A stretch of DNA of 64,000 bases from a virus, in IMG/VR virus record IMGVR_UViG_3300023179_008779, positions 5,250 through 69,249 of that record; one strand, given 5' to 3'. Made by a program: the position numbers and the translations under genes. The notes beneath the pieces are model-generated. The model did not search any database. It was given only the letters and a program-made list of their open reading frames with translations, and was not told where the DNA came from. Below are positions 40,774 through 50,888 of this stretch, one piece after another. The number at the start of each line of letters is the position of its first letter. Positions within the stretch are counted from its first letter, which is position 1.

Positions 40774-43700
40774 ATGGCAAAGAAGAACGAAAATCTATTT
40801 CAAAAGCTTACAAAGCTCTTCAAGAGCGGACCGGTAGTAAAGAGGAAGATACGCAACCTCGATACTACCGTTGCAGTTCCTGATCGCACAAAGAGCTCTG
40901 GTGCCCTGCTCTTCCAGAAGTCGATGGCGCCAACTTATGCTACCATCACTGCAAACGCTTATAACCTCTCTGAGCGCCTGATGAGATACCAGGACTTTGC
41001 AGAGATGGAATACACAGCTGAGATTGCATCTGCAATGGATATCTACGCGGATGAAACTTGCGCACAAGATGATAAAGGGCGCGTCCTTCACGTCTACTCT
41101 GACAATGAAAAGGTTAGAGAGATACTTGAGGAACTTTTCTACAACACGCTCAACGTCGAGTTCAACCTCCGATCATGGGCGCGCAACCTCCCTGTCCACA
41201 AGGACACGGTGATCCCACTTCTCAACGGGACTGAGATCACGATAGAGAATCTCTCGAAAAGGATGAAGGAAGACCCAGCCTGGGTTCCGTGGGTTTACTC
41301 CGTGCAGGACGGGACACACAGGCTGGTGCCCGGCAAGGTGACCTGGTGCGGCCTCACACGGAGAGACTCGGAGCTCGTCAGGGTGTGGCTGGACGACGGG
41401 TCGTACGTCGACTGCACGCCGGATCATGAGTGGATTCTTCGCGACGGCAGCAGGAAGAAGGCCGAAGATCTCGTCACCGGTGACAGCATGATGCCCCTGT
41501 ATAGGGACGTCTCCTCGAAGAAGAAAGGACATCGTCTCGAGGGATACGAGAGGACGTACGATCCTGGTACTGGAAAGTACGAGTACACGCACAGGTTGGT
41601 GTCCGAGTCCGCAGTGCCGTCTCCCGAGAACTGGCACGTTGTTCATCATGTCAACTTCGATAAGCGCAACAATGCTCCCGAAAACCTCAGGAAGATGACA
41701 TGGAAGGATCACAGCCTCCTCCACATGAAGTCGTCGGATACCCTCAAGCGCCCCGACGTCGTCGAGAAGAGGATGTTAGGCATCGACAGGTGGCTCAGGT
41801 CCGAAGAACACAGGGCGGTAGCCAAAGGACAACTAAAGAAGCTTCAAGCTGCCGGACTCATGAAGACGTCGTGGTCGGAGTACAACAAGTCTTCCCTCCA
41901 CACGGATCACAACGCTGTCAGGTCGAAGTCGATGAAGGCTCACTGGTCGGACGAGGGAAAGAAGGCCCGATGGAAGGCGTCTCTAACAATAAAGTTCGAT
42001 GCACGATGCATCGACATGTTAGTCGATCGCCTCGAGCGTCTAGGAAAGTACGTCAGCCCTGTTGTCCTCGGGTCTCTCCTCAAGGAGGACGAGGAGTTCA
42101 TGGCCCACTTCAGGTCGATCAACGTCGCGACGGGCAGGGACCTGACCAAGTCACTGTCGAGCCACGCCGGAATCGAGTCCCTGCTCATGAAGGTCGGAGT
42201 TAGTTCTTATATCGGCCTCGTCAAGGATAGGCTTCCCACGATCGCGTCCACACCATGGTTCAAGCGAGCGGAGCGGAAGAGCCTCCGGATGACCGGCAAG
42301 GCTCCTGGTATGAGGAGCCGTCGATCGTCCCGAACGAAGGAGACGTCACCCGAGCCAGCCTATATGAACCACAAGGTAGACAGGGTAGAGAGACTGAGCA
42401 GCACATCGGACGTGTATTGCATGGAGGTGCTGGGGCCGACTGGGGAGCATGACAGACATAACTTCATGGTGCTCACACGTTTCTCCGACGGCACAACCAA
42501 CCTAAATAGTGGAATTTGTTCACAAAATTGTAAGTATGGTGACATGTTCCTCTACAACGACGTCTCTCCTGATCACGGAGTGATCAATGCATTTCCCATC
42601 CCCGTCAACGAGATCGAGCGGGAGGAGAACTACGATCCGAACGATCCCATGGCCGTTCGCTATCGTTGGGTCACCCTCGGCAACCGCACCCTGGAGAACT
42701 GGGAAGTCACGCACTTCCGCCTCCTCGGCAACGACATGTTTCTCCCTTATGGATCCTCCATCATCGAACCCGCCCGACGTATCTGGCGCCAGTTGATCCT
42801 CATTGAGGATGCAATGTTAGTGTATCGTGTCGTCCGTGCCCCAGAGCGCCGCGTCTTCTATATTGACGTAGCAAACATTCCTCCTGAAAATGTGCCGATG
42901 TACGTTGAGGAACAGCGGAAGAACCTCCGCTCTTCTCAGGTAATCGACAGGACTACCGGTCGAGTTGATCTTCGCTATAATCCCCTATCTGTAGATGAAG
43001 ACTATTTCATACCTGTCCGCGGCGGTGAGAGCGGCACAAAGATTGATACGCTTGCCGGTGGTCAAAATGCTGCAGCAGTTGAGGATGTAGCGTATATCCA
43101 AAAGAAGCTATTTGCTGCTCTTAAAATTCCCAGAGCGTATCTTGGATATGACGAGGCGCTATCGTCAAAGGCAACTCTAGCTCAAGAAGACATAAGGTTC
43201 TCGCGTACCATCAACGTCATCCAGAAGACGATCATTTCAGAGCTTAACAAGCTTGCAATCATCCATCTGTACGCTCACGGATTCGATTCTGAGGACCTAC
43301 AGAATTTCACACTTCGGCTTTCGAACCCGTCGACTGTCGCACAACAGCAGAAGCTTGAGTTGTGGAGAGCAAAGTTTGAGATTGCAGGCAGCGCTCCCGA
43401 AGGTCAGGTCTCGAAGGAGTTCATCCGTAAGGAGATCTGGGGTCTCAATGAAGAGCAGTGCAAACAGCTCGATGATCAACGACTCAAAGAGAAGCTTGTC
43501 GATGGAGCAATCGAGAATGCCAAACCTGATGAGGGTGGCGGTGAGGCTGCTGGTGGCGGTGAAGAGGCTGCTGGTGGCGGTGAAGAGTCGGGTGGCGACG
43601 AGGGCGGGGGCGATGATCTCTTTTCAGGTGATGACATCTCTCAGAAAGAGCCTGGTCTTGATCTTATTACTGCAGGGGATGACCCAGGTGATGATGAAGA

Positions 43701-44148
43701 CTTCCCGGTCAAGTTCTCTGTATCAGATATTGAAGTACCCGTCAAGGCACAGCGTCAACTTGATAGAGCTCTTTACAACAGGTCGAGGATCAAACACAAC
43801 GGTGCATCTAAGACCCACATGCCTGATTTCTTGAAGATGACGACCCAAAGTCGTCAATCGGATAATGATCCATATGATAGTGACTGGGTTTCTTCATATG
43901 TTCGTAATCCGTTCGGTGAATCGGTAGAGAGACGCACTGAGGTCTATAAGACTCCCATCAGCAATGACGTTATCTCAGCGTTGAGGATGATGAGCCTGTC
44001 TAAGAAATTCCAGAACCTACCGCAACAAGGTCAGCCTGATGCCCCTGCTTCACAAGTCTTGAATGAATCTATAGAAGAAGCAGATGCAAAAGAATTCAAG
44101 GAAGTATACGTGATAGATGAAGACGACGATCGGAGTGACGAAACATGA
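40774..44148 (+). CDS. Portal protein (T4 gp20-like) interrupted by an intein
   Basis: EDAMLVYRVVRAPERRVFYIDV, EDYFIPVRGG, TKIDTLAGG, YIQKKLFAALKIP; 446 aa insertion between WARNL and CKYGD. Confidence 0.93.
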   Translation: MAKKNENLFQKLTKLFKSGPVVKRKIRNLDTTVAVPDRTKSSGALLFQKSMAPTYATITANAYNLSERLMRYQDFAEMEYTAEIASAMDIYADETCAQDDKGRVLHVYSDNEKVREILEELFYNTLNVEFNLRSWARNLPVHKDTVIPLLNGTEITIENLSKRMKEDPAWVPWVYSVQDGTHRLVPGKVTWCGLTRRDSELVRVWLDDGSYVDCTPDHEWILRDGSRKKAEDLVTGDSMMPLYRDVSSKKKGHRLEGYERTYDPGTGKYEYTHRLVSESAVPSPENWHVVHHVNFDKRNNAPENLRKMTWKDHSLLHMKSSDTLKRPDVVEKRMLGIDRWLRSEEHRAVAKGQLKKLQAAGLMKTSWSEYNKSSLHTDHNAVRSKSMKAHWSDEGKKARWKASLTIKFDARCIDMLVDRLERLGKYVSPVVLGSLLKEDEEFMAHFRSINVATGRDLTKSLSSHAGIESLLMKVGVSSYIGLVKDRLPTIASTPWFKRAERKSLRMTGKAPGMRSRRSSRTKETSPEPAYMNHKVDRVERLSSTSDVYCMEVLGPTGEHDRHNFMVLTRFSDGTTNLNSGICSQNCKYGDMFLYNDVSPDHGVINAFPIPVNEIEREENYDPNDPMAVRYRWVTLGNRTLENWEVTHFRLLGNDMFLPYGSSIIEPARRIWRQLILIEDAMLVYRVVRAPERRVFYIDVANIPPENVPMYVEEQRKNLRSSQVIDRTTGRVDLRYNPLSVDEDYFIPVRGGESGTKIDTLAGGQNAAAVEDVAYIQKKLFAALKIPRAYLGYDEALSSKATLAQEDIRFSRTINVIQKTIISELNKLAIIHLYAHGFDSEDLQNFTLRLSNPSTVAQQQKLELWRAKFEIAGSAPEGQVSKEFIRKEIWGLNEEQCKQLDDQRLKEKLVDGAIENAKPDEGGGEAAGGGEEAAGGGEESGGDEGGGDDLFSGDDISQKEPGLDLITAGDDPGDDEDFPVKFSVSDIEVPVKAQRQLDRALYNRSRIKHNGASKTHMPDFLKMTTQSRQSDNDPYDSDWVSSYVRNPFGESVERRTEVYKTPISNDVISALRMMSLSKKFQNLPQQGQPDAPASQVLNESIEEADAKEFKEVYVIDEDDDRSDET
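41191..42528 (+). mobile_element. Class 3-like intein with HNH homing endonuclease
   Basis: Block A PVHKDTVIPLLNG, block B CTPDHEW, HNH segment YTHRLV...VHHVNFDKRNNAPENL, block F VYCMEV, block G SQN followed by Cys+1. Confidence 0.88.
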
Positions 44149-44999
44149 CTACGAAGACCCATAATAAGAAGAGAAATAGCCTTCTCATGTACGAGTTTCT
44201 TGTCCGTACAATCTCAGAGTCTTTGATCGATGGCAATAAGAAGAAGTCAGCAATTGCGCTGCGGATATTGCGTCGCCATTACAAGCCTGACACAGAGCTA
44301 TATAGAGAATTCAGGTTGATGAATGCTCTTGCAAAGACTACAGTTACTTCAGAGCATGTAGCTGCGTCTATACTCAGCGAGGCAAGGGCAGCAGCTATTG
44401 CACTCGATGAACACGCACTAGACCGAGAGAAATCTTTATTAATCAGGAACATAAATCATAGTCTGAATGATGAGAATTTCTATGATCAACACGTCAATGA
44501 ATACAGGACACTTGCTACCATACAGACTCTGATCAACGAGTGGCGATCAAGTGACAAAGACATCCAGCGTGTCGCACAATTTGAAGACGGGCTTATGAGG
44601 CACCTTATGTCTGAGAAGACACAAGGCAATGATTCAGTGATATCAGAGGATACAAACGGCACTGCACGCTTGTTGATGAAGGTCATGACTAAAAAGCTCA
44701 ACGAAAAATATTCTGATGTCCTAAACGAGCATCAGCGTAGTCTCATCAAGGCGTATGCTTACTCGACTGCCTCTTCGGATCAGACGTCGATACGCATGAA
44801 GCTTCAAGAGATCAAGGGTCAGCTTCTTGGCCTCATTGATAATTACGCTCAAGAAAATTCAACAGACTACGTTAATCCAAAGCTCCGGGAGACAAGGGAT
44901 GAGTTGGTGTCTGAGGGATTTGACGTTATCGATGATGAGACGGTAACAAGATTCATGCTTTATTCGCGGCTCGCAGATGAGCTGTCATCCAAGGAGTGA
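44145..44999 (+). CDS. Hypothetical head-module protein
   Basis: 284 aa helical ORF (HNKKRN N-terminus) between portal and protease. Confidence 0.7.
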   Translation: MTTKTHNKKRNSLLMYEFLVRTISESLIDGNKKKSAIALRILRRHYKPDTELYREFRLMNALAKTTVTSEHVAASILSEARAAAIALDEHALDREKSLLIRNINHSLNDENFYDQHVNEYRTLATIQTLINEWRSSDKDIQRVAQFEDGLMRHLMSEKTQGNDSVISEDTNGTARLLMKVMTKKLNEKYSDVLNEHQRSLIKAYAYSTASSDQTSIRMKLQEIKGQLLGLIDNYAQENSTDYVNPKLRETRDELVSEGFDVIDDETVTRFMLYSRLADELSSKE

Positions 45000-45003
45000 T
45001 ACA

Positions 45004-45618
45004 ATGGCACAGGACCTTAGACTACTCAATTCGTACGAAGTCTTCGATTACACTCCTGACATGATCAGGGAATCGAGGGAGAAGAACAACGGAAAGGTTG
45101 TCATGCGTGGCATCCTACAGAAGGCCGACACCCTCAACCAGAACGGTCGCATCTATCCAATTGCCGTCCTCGAGAGGGAAGTAAGGAACTATCAGAAGTT
45201 TATTGCTGAAAATAGAGCACTAGGCGAATTAGACCACCCAGACTCCTCAGTTGTCAACCTCAAGAATGTTTCTCACATGGTCAGAGAAGCCTACCTGGAG
45301 AAGGGCGTCGTCTACGGATCTGTCGAGCTTCTCGACACACCCAGCGGCAAGATTCTGCAGTCTCTCGTCGAGAGCGGTGTGAAGCTTGGTATCTCATCGC
45401 GCGGAGTTGGATCCACCAAGAAGCAAGGTGATTACCACGTTGTACAGGACGACTTTCAGCTCATCTGCTGGGATTATGTCTCAGAGCCTTCGACACCAGG
45501 TGCGTTCATGCTGCCTGAAGGCAAGCAGATTAGTTCGCACGAGCTGAAGGCAATTTTCAACAAGAGCGATCGTATTGACCGTATTGTTAACGATATTTTT
45601 GCCTCGAGGAAGCGATGA
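45004..45618 (+). CDS. Prohead protease (T4 gp21-like)
   Basis: NQNGRIYP, ALGELDHP, GISSRGVGS, DYVSEPS; AAGGAG before ATG 45004. Confidence 0.93.
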   Translation: MAQDLRLLNSYEVFDYTPDMIRESREKNNGKVVMRGILQKADTLNQNGRIYPIAVLEREVRNYQKFIAENRALGELDHPDSSVVNLKNVSHMVREAYLEKGVVYGSVELLDTPSGKILQSLVESGVKLGISSRGVGSTKKQGDYHVVQDDFQLICWDYVSEPSTPGAFMLPEGKQISSHELKAIFNKSDRIDRIVNDIFASRKR

Positions 45619-46037
45619 GAACGACAAAGACTGAATTAAAGCAACTCATCAAAGAGTGTCTTGTGGAGATATTGGCAGAGGGACTTGGGCCAACTCTGCA
45701 AAATGAGGTAAAGTCACCTAGGTTATCAACAAACACATTTTCTAATAAACCCTCGACACCATCTCGTGTTCCCGAGCCCCGCCGTCCGACTCCTGCATTA
45801 CGTGAGGCCATCCGCCGGGAGGCAGGCGGCAACAAGGTCATGGAGTCGATCTTTGCTGACACCGCTGCGACTACACTCGCAAGTCAATTAGCGAATGGAG
45901 ACGTATCGCCGACTTCGACATCCAAGCAATTAGTCCAGCAGGAGCAGATCAGCGGTACACCTGAGCAGATATTCGGCGAAGAGGCTACCTCAAAGTGGGC
46001 AAACTTAGCTTTTATGGATTCGCCTACAAAGAAATGA
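45615..46037 (+). CDS. Leader-bearing prohead-core-like protein
   Basis: MRTTKTELKQLIKECLVEILAEG; C-terminal KWANLAF. Confidence 0.65.
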   Translation: MRTTKTELKQLIKECLVEILAEGLGPTLQNEVKSPRLSTNTFSNKPSTPSRVPEPRRPTPALREAIRREAGGNKVMESIFADTAATTLASQLANGDVSPTSTSKQLVQQEQISGTPEQIFGEEATSKWANLAFMDSPTKK

Positions 46038-46089
46038 AAATTTCTCTGCAACACTATATTTACCGGGTAGACCCCCAGTGAGGATTACA

Positions 46090-46323
46090 ATGAGACTAAC
46101 AAACAGATTGCTACGTAGAATCATCGAAGAAGAAGTTGCCAAGTTTGGTGACATGCAGGATGTCGAGAAGGTCAAGGCCGACGAGACTGATGCAGACGAG
46201 TATGCAGATGCACTCGAGAAGAAGATTGATTACATGAAGGCACTCAAGGTTGAGGAGTCACGTCTTCGTCGCCGTATAGCAAAGATCAATGAGACCCGTC
46301 GTCGTCTAACACGCGGTCTATGA
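46090..46323 (+). CDS. Leader-bearing small coiled-coil protein
   Basis: MRLTNRLLRRIIEEEV; GAGG RBS; ATATTTA at 46056. Confidence 0.7.
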   Translation: MRLTNRLLRRIIEEEVAKFGDMQDVEKVKADETDADEYADALEKKIDYMKALKVEESRLRRRIAKINETRRRLTRGL

Positions 46324-46354
46324 TTATTTAATTTAAATTACAAAGGAGAACGCC

Positions 46355-46885
46355 ATGAGTGGACCAGGACAAGGAAGATACACAGCGTATGTTCCAAATG
46401 CTAGCGATAAAAATAAGATGCTTAGCAAGCTCTTTAACGAACGTTCTCCCAACGGACGTGGCGAAATCTATGGTGCAGCGTATCAAACAGATCCTGCTGC
46501 TGCAGCCAAGTCTACTGTTGACAGGGCTATCGCAAATGTCACCAATGGAGTCGGCGGAGTGATTCCTGCTGATGGAATGCAGACAGGTGACATCAACATG
46601 TTTCCCACAGGTGTCAACCTCAACTTTGAAGGCGGTCCAAATACCGGTGACGTCAAGTGGCAAAATCCAGGTGATCCTGCAAACGGTTACGTGCCTGATC
46701 TTTCGTCCCCCGGCGCCGGGCGCACCGACCCGACGCAGAAGGACGTTGATCCTGGTATCAAGCCTGCCGATGTCAAGCCCAATTATGTAGCGGGTACCCT
46801 TGGTTCAGGCACGCAGGCACCCAGCGCTCTTAGCGTCAAGTCGCCCATTGGGAAAAATTTAGTGATGGGTAAATCTTCAGTCTGA
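46355..46885 (+). CDS. Hypothetical Gly/Pro-rich head-module protein
   Basis: AAGGAG RBS; directly upstream of the scaffold gene. Confidence 0.65.
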   Translation: MSGPGQGRYTAYVPNASDKNKMLSKLFNERSPNGRGEIYGAAYQTDPAAAAKSTVDRAIANVTNGVGGVIPADGMQTGDINMFPTGVNLNFEGGPNTGDVKWQNPGDPANGYVPDLSSPGAGRTDPTQKDVDPGIKPADVKPNYVAGTLGSGTQAPSALSVKSPIGKNLVMGKSSV

Positions 46886-46903
46886 TTAGAGAAAGAACAA
46901 AAA

Positions 46904-48907
46904 ATGACTAAGCAACTGTATGAAGAAGCACTAGCAGACGTCAAGAAGCTCAAGGAGGTCGCCGAGGACAATGCCAAACGAGCTCTGCTCGAGGCAGTGA
47001 CTCCTCGTATCAAGGATCTCATCGAGAATCAGCTTCTCAACAAAGAGATTGCTGTTGACGACGATAATCTCTTGATGGATGAGATTCCCGTTGATGCATC
47101 ACCTGGCTTCGGCGATGCTGATGCAGCTGCTGATGCAATCTCCCTTCCCGACGAGGAAGGTAAGGTGACTCTTGATCTTGACGCTCTCAAGGTTCCGGGT
47201 GCAGATGAGTATGAACTCAGCATGGAATCTGCTCGCTCACTGGGTCTATTACAGACCGAAGGTAGCAACTTTGAGCGTAAGTTAGCATTTATACAGCGTA
47301 AGATAAAGCTGTTTGAATCGACGGGCAAGTTAGTCCGTGAGTCAAAGGGCTTTAATACTACTGTGAAGTCAACTATTTCTGAAGTGGAGCATATGTATTT
47401 CCACTTGCAGGACAAAATGAAGGACTCCAAGCTCAAGGGCAAATACGAGTCCATTCTAGAAAATTATTACTCAACCCTAAATGAGCTCACGGAGCAGAAC
47501 ATGAGAAGAAGGAATCTTTCTGAAGCAGACGTTACACTCAAGCTAACTGGCCTACCTGACGAGATCGATCTCGACTCTGTCGGCGTCGACCTTATCACTG
47601 GTGAAGGTGGTGAGGAAGGCGAAGGCGACGAAGAGGGTGGTGACGAAGACCTCGACCTCGGCGGTGAAGAGGGCGAAGATGAGGGTTCCGAAGAGGGCGC
47701 CGATGAAGACCTCGATCTCGGCGGCGACGAGGGCGAAGATGAGGGTTCCGAAGAGGAATCAGAAGAAGGAAGCCAGATGGAATCACGTAAGTTAAGCAAT
47801 AATCTCGTTGTAGAGATCGATGAGAACATGCTCCGTAGAGAGATCAAGCGTATGCGTACTCTTCGTGAAGCCGACGAGACGAAGCCACAGTCCTGGGGTC
47901 ACGGCGCCGGCGAGGTTGCCGATGGTTTCGAGGACGACGACATGGGTGATCCATTTGTCGACATCGATCTCCGTGAGGATCAGGACAGAGATCAGGCGGA
48001 CGAGGATCAGGACAACATGGACGAGCAGGAGGACGGTACTCTTACAATGGATGAGGCCGATGGCATGGATCAGGACAACATGGACGAGCAGGAGGACGGT
48101 ACTCTTACAATGGATGAGGCCGATGGCATGGATCAGGACGATGACGATCTTGATGAGCAGCAGATGGACCAGATGGATCAGGCCGAAGACACCATGCAAT
48201 ACGGCGGCCGTAAGGGTCGTCCCGGTGAGCAGTCCAACAAGCAGTCACGCCAGCCTGGCCAGACCGTAGAGTCTATCCGGCGCCGCCTCGCAGCTGAGGC
48301 TCGTCTGCAGCTTGAGGCCAAGAAGAAGGCCCAACAGGCAAAGAAGATGCAGGGCAAGAAGCAGCAGGAAGCCCAGCAGCAGGCCAAGAAGGGCCAGAAG
48401 AAGGGCGCCCAGCAGAAGAAGGCTCAGGCCAAGCAGATGCAGGAGGCCTATAACTTCTACGCACGTAAGTTCAACGAGTCGGTGCGCCGCAGCCGCCGTC
48501 TCCAGGGTATGCTCACAGAGGCATCCCGTAACGGTCGCACCCTCAATGGTGCACCAGCAAGGTCCGCGGCAGAGACCTCAACACTCCGCAATAAGTTGGC
48601 AGAGACGAATCTGTTCAACGCGAAGCTACTATTCACGAACAAACTCCTCCAGAATGAGTCACTCACCAAGCGCCAGAAGGCCGAGGTAATCGAGCGTCTC
48701 GACGAGGCAAAGTCTGAGCGTGAAGTGAAGCTCGTGTACGAGAGCCTAGTGAAGACCCTGTCGAACAACGGCCGTTCATCGGTGAACGAGTCGGTAAACC
48801 GCGGTGTCATGGGCTCATCAAGCCGCCCACAGACCTCAGCAGCTGCCACCCTCAACGAGGGCATCGAGGCAGACCGCTGGGCACGCCTGGCCGGCATCGT
48901 GAAGTGA
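46904..48907 (+). CDS. Prohead scaffold/core protein (gp22-like position)
   Basis: Directly before the major capsid gene; coiled coil with acidic low-complexity linkers; many LxE sites; LAETNLFNAKLLF; ends DRWARLAGIVK. Confidence 0.75.
   Translation: MTKQLYEEALADVKKLKEVAEDNAKRALLEAVTPRIKDLIENQLLNKEIAVDDDNLLMDEIPVDASPGFGDADAAADAISLPDEEGKVTLDLDALKVPGADEYELSMESARSLGLLQTEGSNFERKLAFIQRKIKLFESTGKLVRESKGFNTTVKSTISEVEHMYFHLQDKMKDSKLKGKYESILENYYSTLNELTEQNMRRRNLSEADVTLKLTGLPDEIDLDSVGVDLITGEGGEEGEGDEEGGDEDLDLGGEEGEDEGSEEGADEDLDLGGDEGEDEGSEEESEEGSQMESRKLSNNLVVEIDENMLRREIKRMRTLREADETKPQSWGHGAGEVADGFEDDDMGDPFVDIDLREDQDRDQADEDQDNMDEQEDGTLTMDEADGMDQDNMDEQEDGTLTMDEADGMDQDDDDLDEQQMDQMDQAEDTMQYGGRKGRPGEQSNKQSRQPGQTVESIRRRLAAEARLQLEAKKKAQQAKKMQGKKQQEAQQQAKKGQKKGAQQKKAQAKQMQEAYNFYARKFNESVRRSRRLQGMLTEASRNGRTLNGAPARSAAETSTLRNKLAETNLFNAKLLFTNKLLQNESLTKRQKAEVIERLDEAKSEREVKLVYESLVKTLSNNGRSSVNESVNRGVMGSSSRPQTSAAATLNEGIEADRWARLAGIVK
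47641..47756 (+). repeat. Imperfect 60-bp tandem duplication in scaffold (DEDLDLGGxEGEDEGSEE x2)
   Basis: gaagacctcga(c/t)ctcggcgg...gagggcgaagatgagggttccgaagagg repeated with period 60. Confidence 0.8.
48004..48139 (+). repeat. Perfect 63-bp tandem repeat in scaffold (DQDNMDEQEDGTLTMDEADGM x2 plus partial)
   Basis: Identical units begin at 48004 and 48067; partial third unit at 48130. Confidence 0.9.
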
Positions 48908-48937
48908 ACAAATTCAAACAACTTTAGGAGAACTACA

Positions 48938-50788
48938 ATGAAGTATTTTAGTCTAGATCATCTTGCCGCAGGTATCCGCGACAAGCACGTCGGCGCCGAA
49001 CGCGCCAGACTCACGGAGAAGTGGTCCCGCACGGGTCTTCTCCGCGGCCTCGACGGCACCCGCCGTGAGACCATGGCCCAGCTCCTGGAGAACCAGGCAG
49101 CACAGGTCCTCAAGGAGAACTCTGCTCTGTCCACCGGCGGTGGTAACCTCGCCGGCTCCGGTCAGCTCCAGGGCTTCAGCAACATCGCCTTCCCGATCGT
49201 CCGCAGGGTGTTCGGCGGCCTCGTTGCCAATGAGCTCGTCTCGATCCAGCCAATGAGCCTCCCCTCTGGCCTCATCTTCTACCTCGACTACACCTACGGC
49301 ACGAACGTCGGTACGCCAGCAGGCGGCTCCGGTTCGACCTACACCAAGGGTCAGTCGGTCTATAACAACCCAACCGGCAAGGGCGTCCAGTCGGGCTCAC
49401 TCGCAACCGGTGGTATGTACGACCTCGTCAACACGGGCTACTCCCGCGTTACGGGTTCTGCCACGGGCCTCACGGTCACGGCGTTCGGTTCTTGGGGCGG
49501 CGCAAACGCAACGTCCTGGGTCAACGGCCAGCTCCTGACCTCGGACACGGACTTCTCCGGTTCGAACGCCCGCTTCGCAGACTTCGACTCGCAGGTCCAG
49601 ACCGCACTCGCAAACGATGACCTTGATGCAGCATTCGCAGTCATCCCGCTCTCTTCCCTCACCAACATGGACAAGCTCGCATTCAACCAGCTCTCCGTGT
49701 TTGCCGGCACGTTCGCAAACTGCACGGCATGGGGCGAGACCTACCAGGGTGGCACGGGCGTCCTCAACCTCCGCCGCCTCAACAAGCGCGGTAACTGGTC
49801 GGCCGGCGTATTCACCCCCGATGCACTGAACGGTACCCACGTCCTAACGCTCGTCAAGGGCGCAAACAACGCGGCAATCTCCGGCACAGTCGCCAGTGTC
49901 GCATACTCGATCTCCACGTCCCTCTCGGTCGACGGCAACGTTGGTTCGACCATCACGGTCCCATCGTTCGAGTCTGACTTCTCGACCAACCCATCCCCCG
50001 CAATCCCCGAGATCGACATCAAGATCGAGGCAATCTCGATCACGGCCGAGACCCGGAAGCTGCGTGCAAGGTGGAGCCCCGAGCTCGCACAGGACCTCAA
50101 CGCGTACCACAGCATGGACGCCGAGGTCGAGCTCACCTCGATCCTCTCCGAGCAGATTGCTCTCGAGATCGACCGCGAGATCCTCAACGACCTCGTCTCC
50201 CAGGCAAACGGCGCCAACTACTACTGGAGCCGCAGCCCAGGCCGCTTCGTGGACAAGGTCACCGGCGCACGCCAGAACATGTCGAACTCGTTCCAGATCG
50301 GTCCGCAGTTCACCGGTACTGTCCGTGAGTGGTACGAGACCCTCATCGAGACCGTCATCGACGTGGCAAACACCATCCACCGCAAGACCCTCCGCGGCTC
50401 CGCGAACTTCATGGTCACGGGCCCAGACGTCTGCACCATCCTCGAGGCTTCGGTTCTCTACAAGCCCAAGTTCTCGATCGACGGTGAGGGCCAGGTCGCC
50501 TCTCCCTTCACAGTGGGCGCCGAGGCAATCGGCACGATCAGCAACCGCTTCACGGTCTACAAGGATCCTTACTTCAGCCGTAACAAGATCCTCGTGGGCT
50601 ACAAGGGCGGCAGCTACCTCGAGACCGGCTACGTATACGCACCATACGTGCCGCTCATCGTGACGCCAACAATCTTCGCACCTGAAGATTTCACACCCCG
50701 CAAGGGCGTAATGACCCGGTACGGGAAGCGTACTGTCCGTAGCGATTTTTACGGGACCGTCACCGTGCTCGACATGAACGTGATATAG
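48938..50788 (+). CDS. Major capsid protein (T4 gp23-like)
   Basis: KWSRTGLL...LLENQ, IVRRVFG, VSIQPMSLPSGLIF, RKLRARWSPELAQDL, EIDREI, YAPYVPL, GVMTRYG. Confidence 0.95.
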   Translation: MKYFSLDHLAAGIRDKHVGAERARLTEKWSRTGLLRGLDGTRRETMAQLLENQAAQVLKENSALSTGGGNLAGSGQLQGFSNIAFPIVRRVFGGLVANELVSIQPMSLPSGLIFYLDYTYGTNVGTPAGGSGSTYTKGQSVYNNPTGKGVQSGSLATGGMYDLVNTGYSRVTGSATGLTVTAFGSWGGANATSWVNGQLLTSDTDFSGSNARFADFDSQVQTALANDDLDAAFAVIPLSSLTNMDKLAFNQLSVFAGTFANCTAWGETYQGGTGVLNLRRLNKRGNWSAGVFTPDALNGTHVLTLVKGANNAAISGTVASVAYSISTSLSVDGNVGSTITVPSFESDFSTNPSPAIPEIDIKIEAISITAETRKLRARWSPELAQDLNAYHSMDAEVELTSILSEQIALEIDREILNDLVSQANGANYYWSRSPGRFVDKVTGARQNMSNSFQIGPQFTGTVREWYETLIETVIDVANTIHRKTLRGSANFMVTGPDVCTILEASVLYKPKFSIDGEGQVASPFTVGAEAIGTISNRFTVYKDPYFSRNKILVGYKGGSYLETGYVYAPYVPLIVTPTIFAPEDFTPRKGVMTRYGKRTVRSDFYGTVTVLDMNVI

Positions 50789-50818
50789 TACAATAATATC
50801 AACTACTTAGGTTGATCT

Positions 50819-50853
50819 AGAAGGAGCTTCGAAAGAGGCTCCTTCTTTCTTTT
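50819..50853 (+). terminator. Rho-independent terminator after the major capsid gene
   Basis: AGAAGGAGCTTC-GAAA-GAGGCTCCTTCT followed by TTCTTTT. Confidence 0.85.
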
Positions 50854-50888
50854 AATCACTTTTTAGTAAATGGTATATAGTTATTCTT

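Noticed and set aside
48004-48139. Direct repeats as a possible CRISPR array
   Set aside because: The units are contiguous with no spacers, are a multiple of 3, and lie in frame within the scaffold gene.
48963-50663. Long alternative-frame and antisense ORFs over the capsid gene, and similar ones at 54-57 kb
   Set aside because: These are shadow ORFs expected from strong GC3 bias; S/R/P-rich with no motifs or RBS.
50798-50816. Small inverted repeat ATCAAC-TACTTAG-GTTGAT after the capsid stop
   Set aside because: Only a 6-bp stem and a single occurrence; not distinguishable from chance next to the real terminator.
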